64,000 nucleotides of DNA, from contig OZ024742.1 in assembly GCA_964016885.1 (NCBI GenBank), positions 240,684,001 through 240,748,000 of the forward strand, given 5' to 3'. A program made the position numbers and the translations under genes. The notes under the pieces were generated by a model that was not told the DNA's origin, did not search any database, and saw only the letters and a program-made list of their open reading frames with translations. Below, one piece after another: positions 61,781 to 64,000 of the stretch (its first letter is position 1; each line of letters opens with the position of its first letter). The DNA comes from Eledone cirrhosa (Eukaryota).

Positions 61781-61829
61781 GAACTGCAGAACTAATGTTT
61801 CTGGGTATTACCCTTCATCAGTACAGTTC
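61781..61829 (-). ncRNA. Hammerhead-like motif with one extra nucleotide at the cleavage site
   Basis: gaactgta-CTGATGA-a-gggt-aat-accc-a-GAAAC-atta-GTT-c-tgcagttc; 8-bp stem I. Confidence 0.65.
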
Positions 61830-62043
61830 ACTGTTCACCTGCCAACTGTCAGAGCTAGTGAAAATATATGATATTTTCTAAAATATACAGTAACTGATCG
61901 GCCTGATTTGCATATTAGCAGACTGGCTGATCAGTCAGATCTGCATATTAGTAGATCCACTGATCAGCCAGATTTGCATGTCAGCAGACTGGCCAGTCAG
62001 TTTCCTGTATATGAGCGATCAATGGCCGGCTTTTTAAAAAAAC

Positions 62044-62069
<26 letters not shown>

Positions 62070-62075
<6 letters not shown>

Positions 62076-62162
62076 GGTGTTCCCAAAAATGTATACATAC
62101 TTTTATTACAGGCAATATTTATTAGAATTCTGTTGAAGTGTGTATACATTTTTTGGGACATC

Positions 62163-62168
<6 letters not shown>
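62070..62168. mobile_element. Tiny Tc1/mariner-like MITE
   Basis: ggtgttcccaaaaatgtatacatactt / aagtgtgtatacattttttgggacatcc, in TA-rich context. Confidence 0.65.
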
Positions 62169-62221
<53 letters not shown>

Positions 62222-62222
<1 letters not shown>

Positions 62223-62437
62223 GGATTGGCAAAATCGTTAGTACATCGGACAACGTGCTTTGCAGTATTCACTTACTGCCCTTTACATTCTGAGTTCAAA
62301 TCCTGCCGAGGTTGGGTTTGTCTTTCATTCTTACAGGGTCGATAAAATAAAAAACCAGTCACGTGCAGGGGTCGATATAACTGACTTTCTTCTCCCCTTT
62401 GCAATGTCGGGCATGTGCCAAAAGTAGAAATAATCAT
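62222..62437 (+). mobile_element. tRNA-derived SINE
   Basis: tggcaaaatcgttag...gagttcaaatcc...gggtcgataaaataa. Confidence 0.8.
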
Positions 62438-62469
62438 TAGAATAGTATCAGTAATGGAAAGACCAGTGG

Positions 62470-62945
62470 AAACATTGTTTTCTTGGTCAAATGTAATGCC
62501 TTTCCTTGACACGAAACCTTGGATCAGCTACATGAATGTGACGGGGCGTTGTTATGATGCAGCGGCTAGGTTTGAAAGGTCTAGATATCCATTCTCTTGC
62601 GCCAAATCGCATCATAAAGCCGACAGAAGACTTCCTGACAGTACTCCTTTCAAACTATCTGTCCATCTGGTGCGTATTCATGATGTACAACGCCTTGGTT
62701 GTCGGAGAAAACAGTCCGCATCATGTTGATTTTGCTCCGCCTAATAGGGATTTTGGGGCCATGATGACGTTGGATGTTTCCACAGTGGTGAGCTTTGGTT
62801 TCCGTGTCATCCTGTACACCCACATTTCATCTCCAGTTATCACAGATTTCACTAAAGCAAATCCTTGTTATCTAGCTCATTCTGCGCAACCACAACAAGA
62901 CGAAGTTGTTTCCGAAAAAGCAGCTTGGGCACAAATTTCGCTGCC
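62470..62945 (-). pseudogene. Mariner transposase fragment
   Basis: AAKFVPKLL, VITGDEMWVY, LHHNNAPSHS (HDNA motif decayed). Confidence 0.85.
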
Positions 62946-64000
62946 ATTCTGTGTATGCTCAAATCCTCCTTTAAAATTTTATGTGAAGAATATTTACTGA
63001 TCCCAATATAGTCGCTCACTGAGTTATCGTTCTTCTATTTGCGTAACATCCATGACATTGTCTATAAACTTTCGAAATTGTGAATTATTTTCCCTTGTGT
63101 CACTCCTAGCTTTTGGCAGGCTTGATGCGATATTATACTTCACACGTTTCGTCATCAGAGGCAAAATGAAAATGCGACAAGTAAGTACTAAAGCATCACA
63201 CTATTTGGTTGTCTGAAATCGGCTTAGGCTTAGGTTTACAGCAAGCTAGCTAAAAACCATGCATGTAGCTGTTCTCTCTGTACTTTTGGATTCCCAGCTA
63301 TGACACTTTTGGCAATTATATTGTCTTTTCCGTTTATGAAAACATAAGGCCTCAAGAGTTATACATACACACCATAAATAATAATAATAATAAGAAGAAG
63401 AAGAATAAGAATAAGGGAAGAAGACGCACGAGGTGGTAGAAGGTCATGAAATCGCTCCCGTAAGTTTTTGATTTTTAACATATTTAAATCAATTGTGAAA
63501 TAACAATTCTTAGTACAAATGTTGCATAAACCACCGAATCAGGTCCCATAAAGTTTCGGATCCATATTATATTGTTGTATCGCTCAAATATTCAATTTTG
63601 TATTATATATTTTGTATTCAAAAAAAGAAAATGGTTATAAATGGGAAAAAAACACCCTCTGTCTACACTATATAGAACAGCCAAATAACAACAATTTCAC
63701 CAACACCAGAAACTTGATACACCACCTATCCCATCACACTAAATATAACAGCCAGATAACGGCAATTTCACCAGCATAATAATAATAATTACTATTATTA
63801 TTGTCTCAAATTTTAAAAATTGTTTAATTCCAATTTTACGGGAATATGTCGACACAAAATATAATAAAAATATATATTAAACACACGAACACAAACTCAT
63901 AGATACTACATATCAGTAACCACAACGCCACCGCTGACACCACCCCACCCCATCCATCATTGCTACCGCTATCCCATCGTCGCCGCCACCACTCCTTCAA

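Noticed and set aside
61894-61995. CRISPR-like array
   Set aside because: Contiguous tandem units without unique spacers; eukaryotic context and no cas genes
63140-63162. Minus-strand CTGATGA-C-GAAAC
   Set aside because: No stem II and no matching stem I

Overview
AT-rich, microsatellite-saturated eukaryotic intergenic or intronic DNA with no recognisable host gene. A cephalopod (octopus-like) genome is my inference from the SINE type and the (TA)n/(CA)n/(TATG)n density. Most ORF-track entries are microsatellite artefacts. Real content: three Penelope-like elements (PLEs, RT + GIY-YIG), R4/Dong-type REL-endonuclease LINEs in (CATA)n tracts, an RTE LINE and a bipartite RTE derivative, a CR1/L2-type RT fragment, mariner/Tc1 relics, a Helitron-like element and many tRNA-derived SINEs. 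The main signal is a dense set of type I hammerhead ribozyme (HHR) motifs from several unrelated small repeat families, mostly next to (TA)n. These include a 592-bp tandem retrozyme-like array with a compensatory U3-A8 core, long stem II and palindromic stem III. Many asymmetric fold-back insertions have ends at internal TA sites and near the HHRs. All folding was done by eye and no ribozyme activity has been shown.
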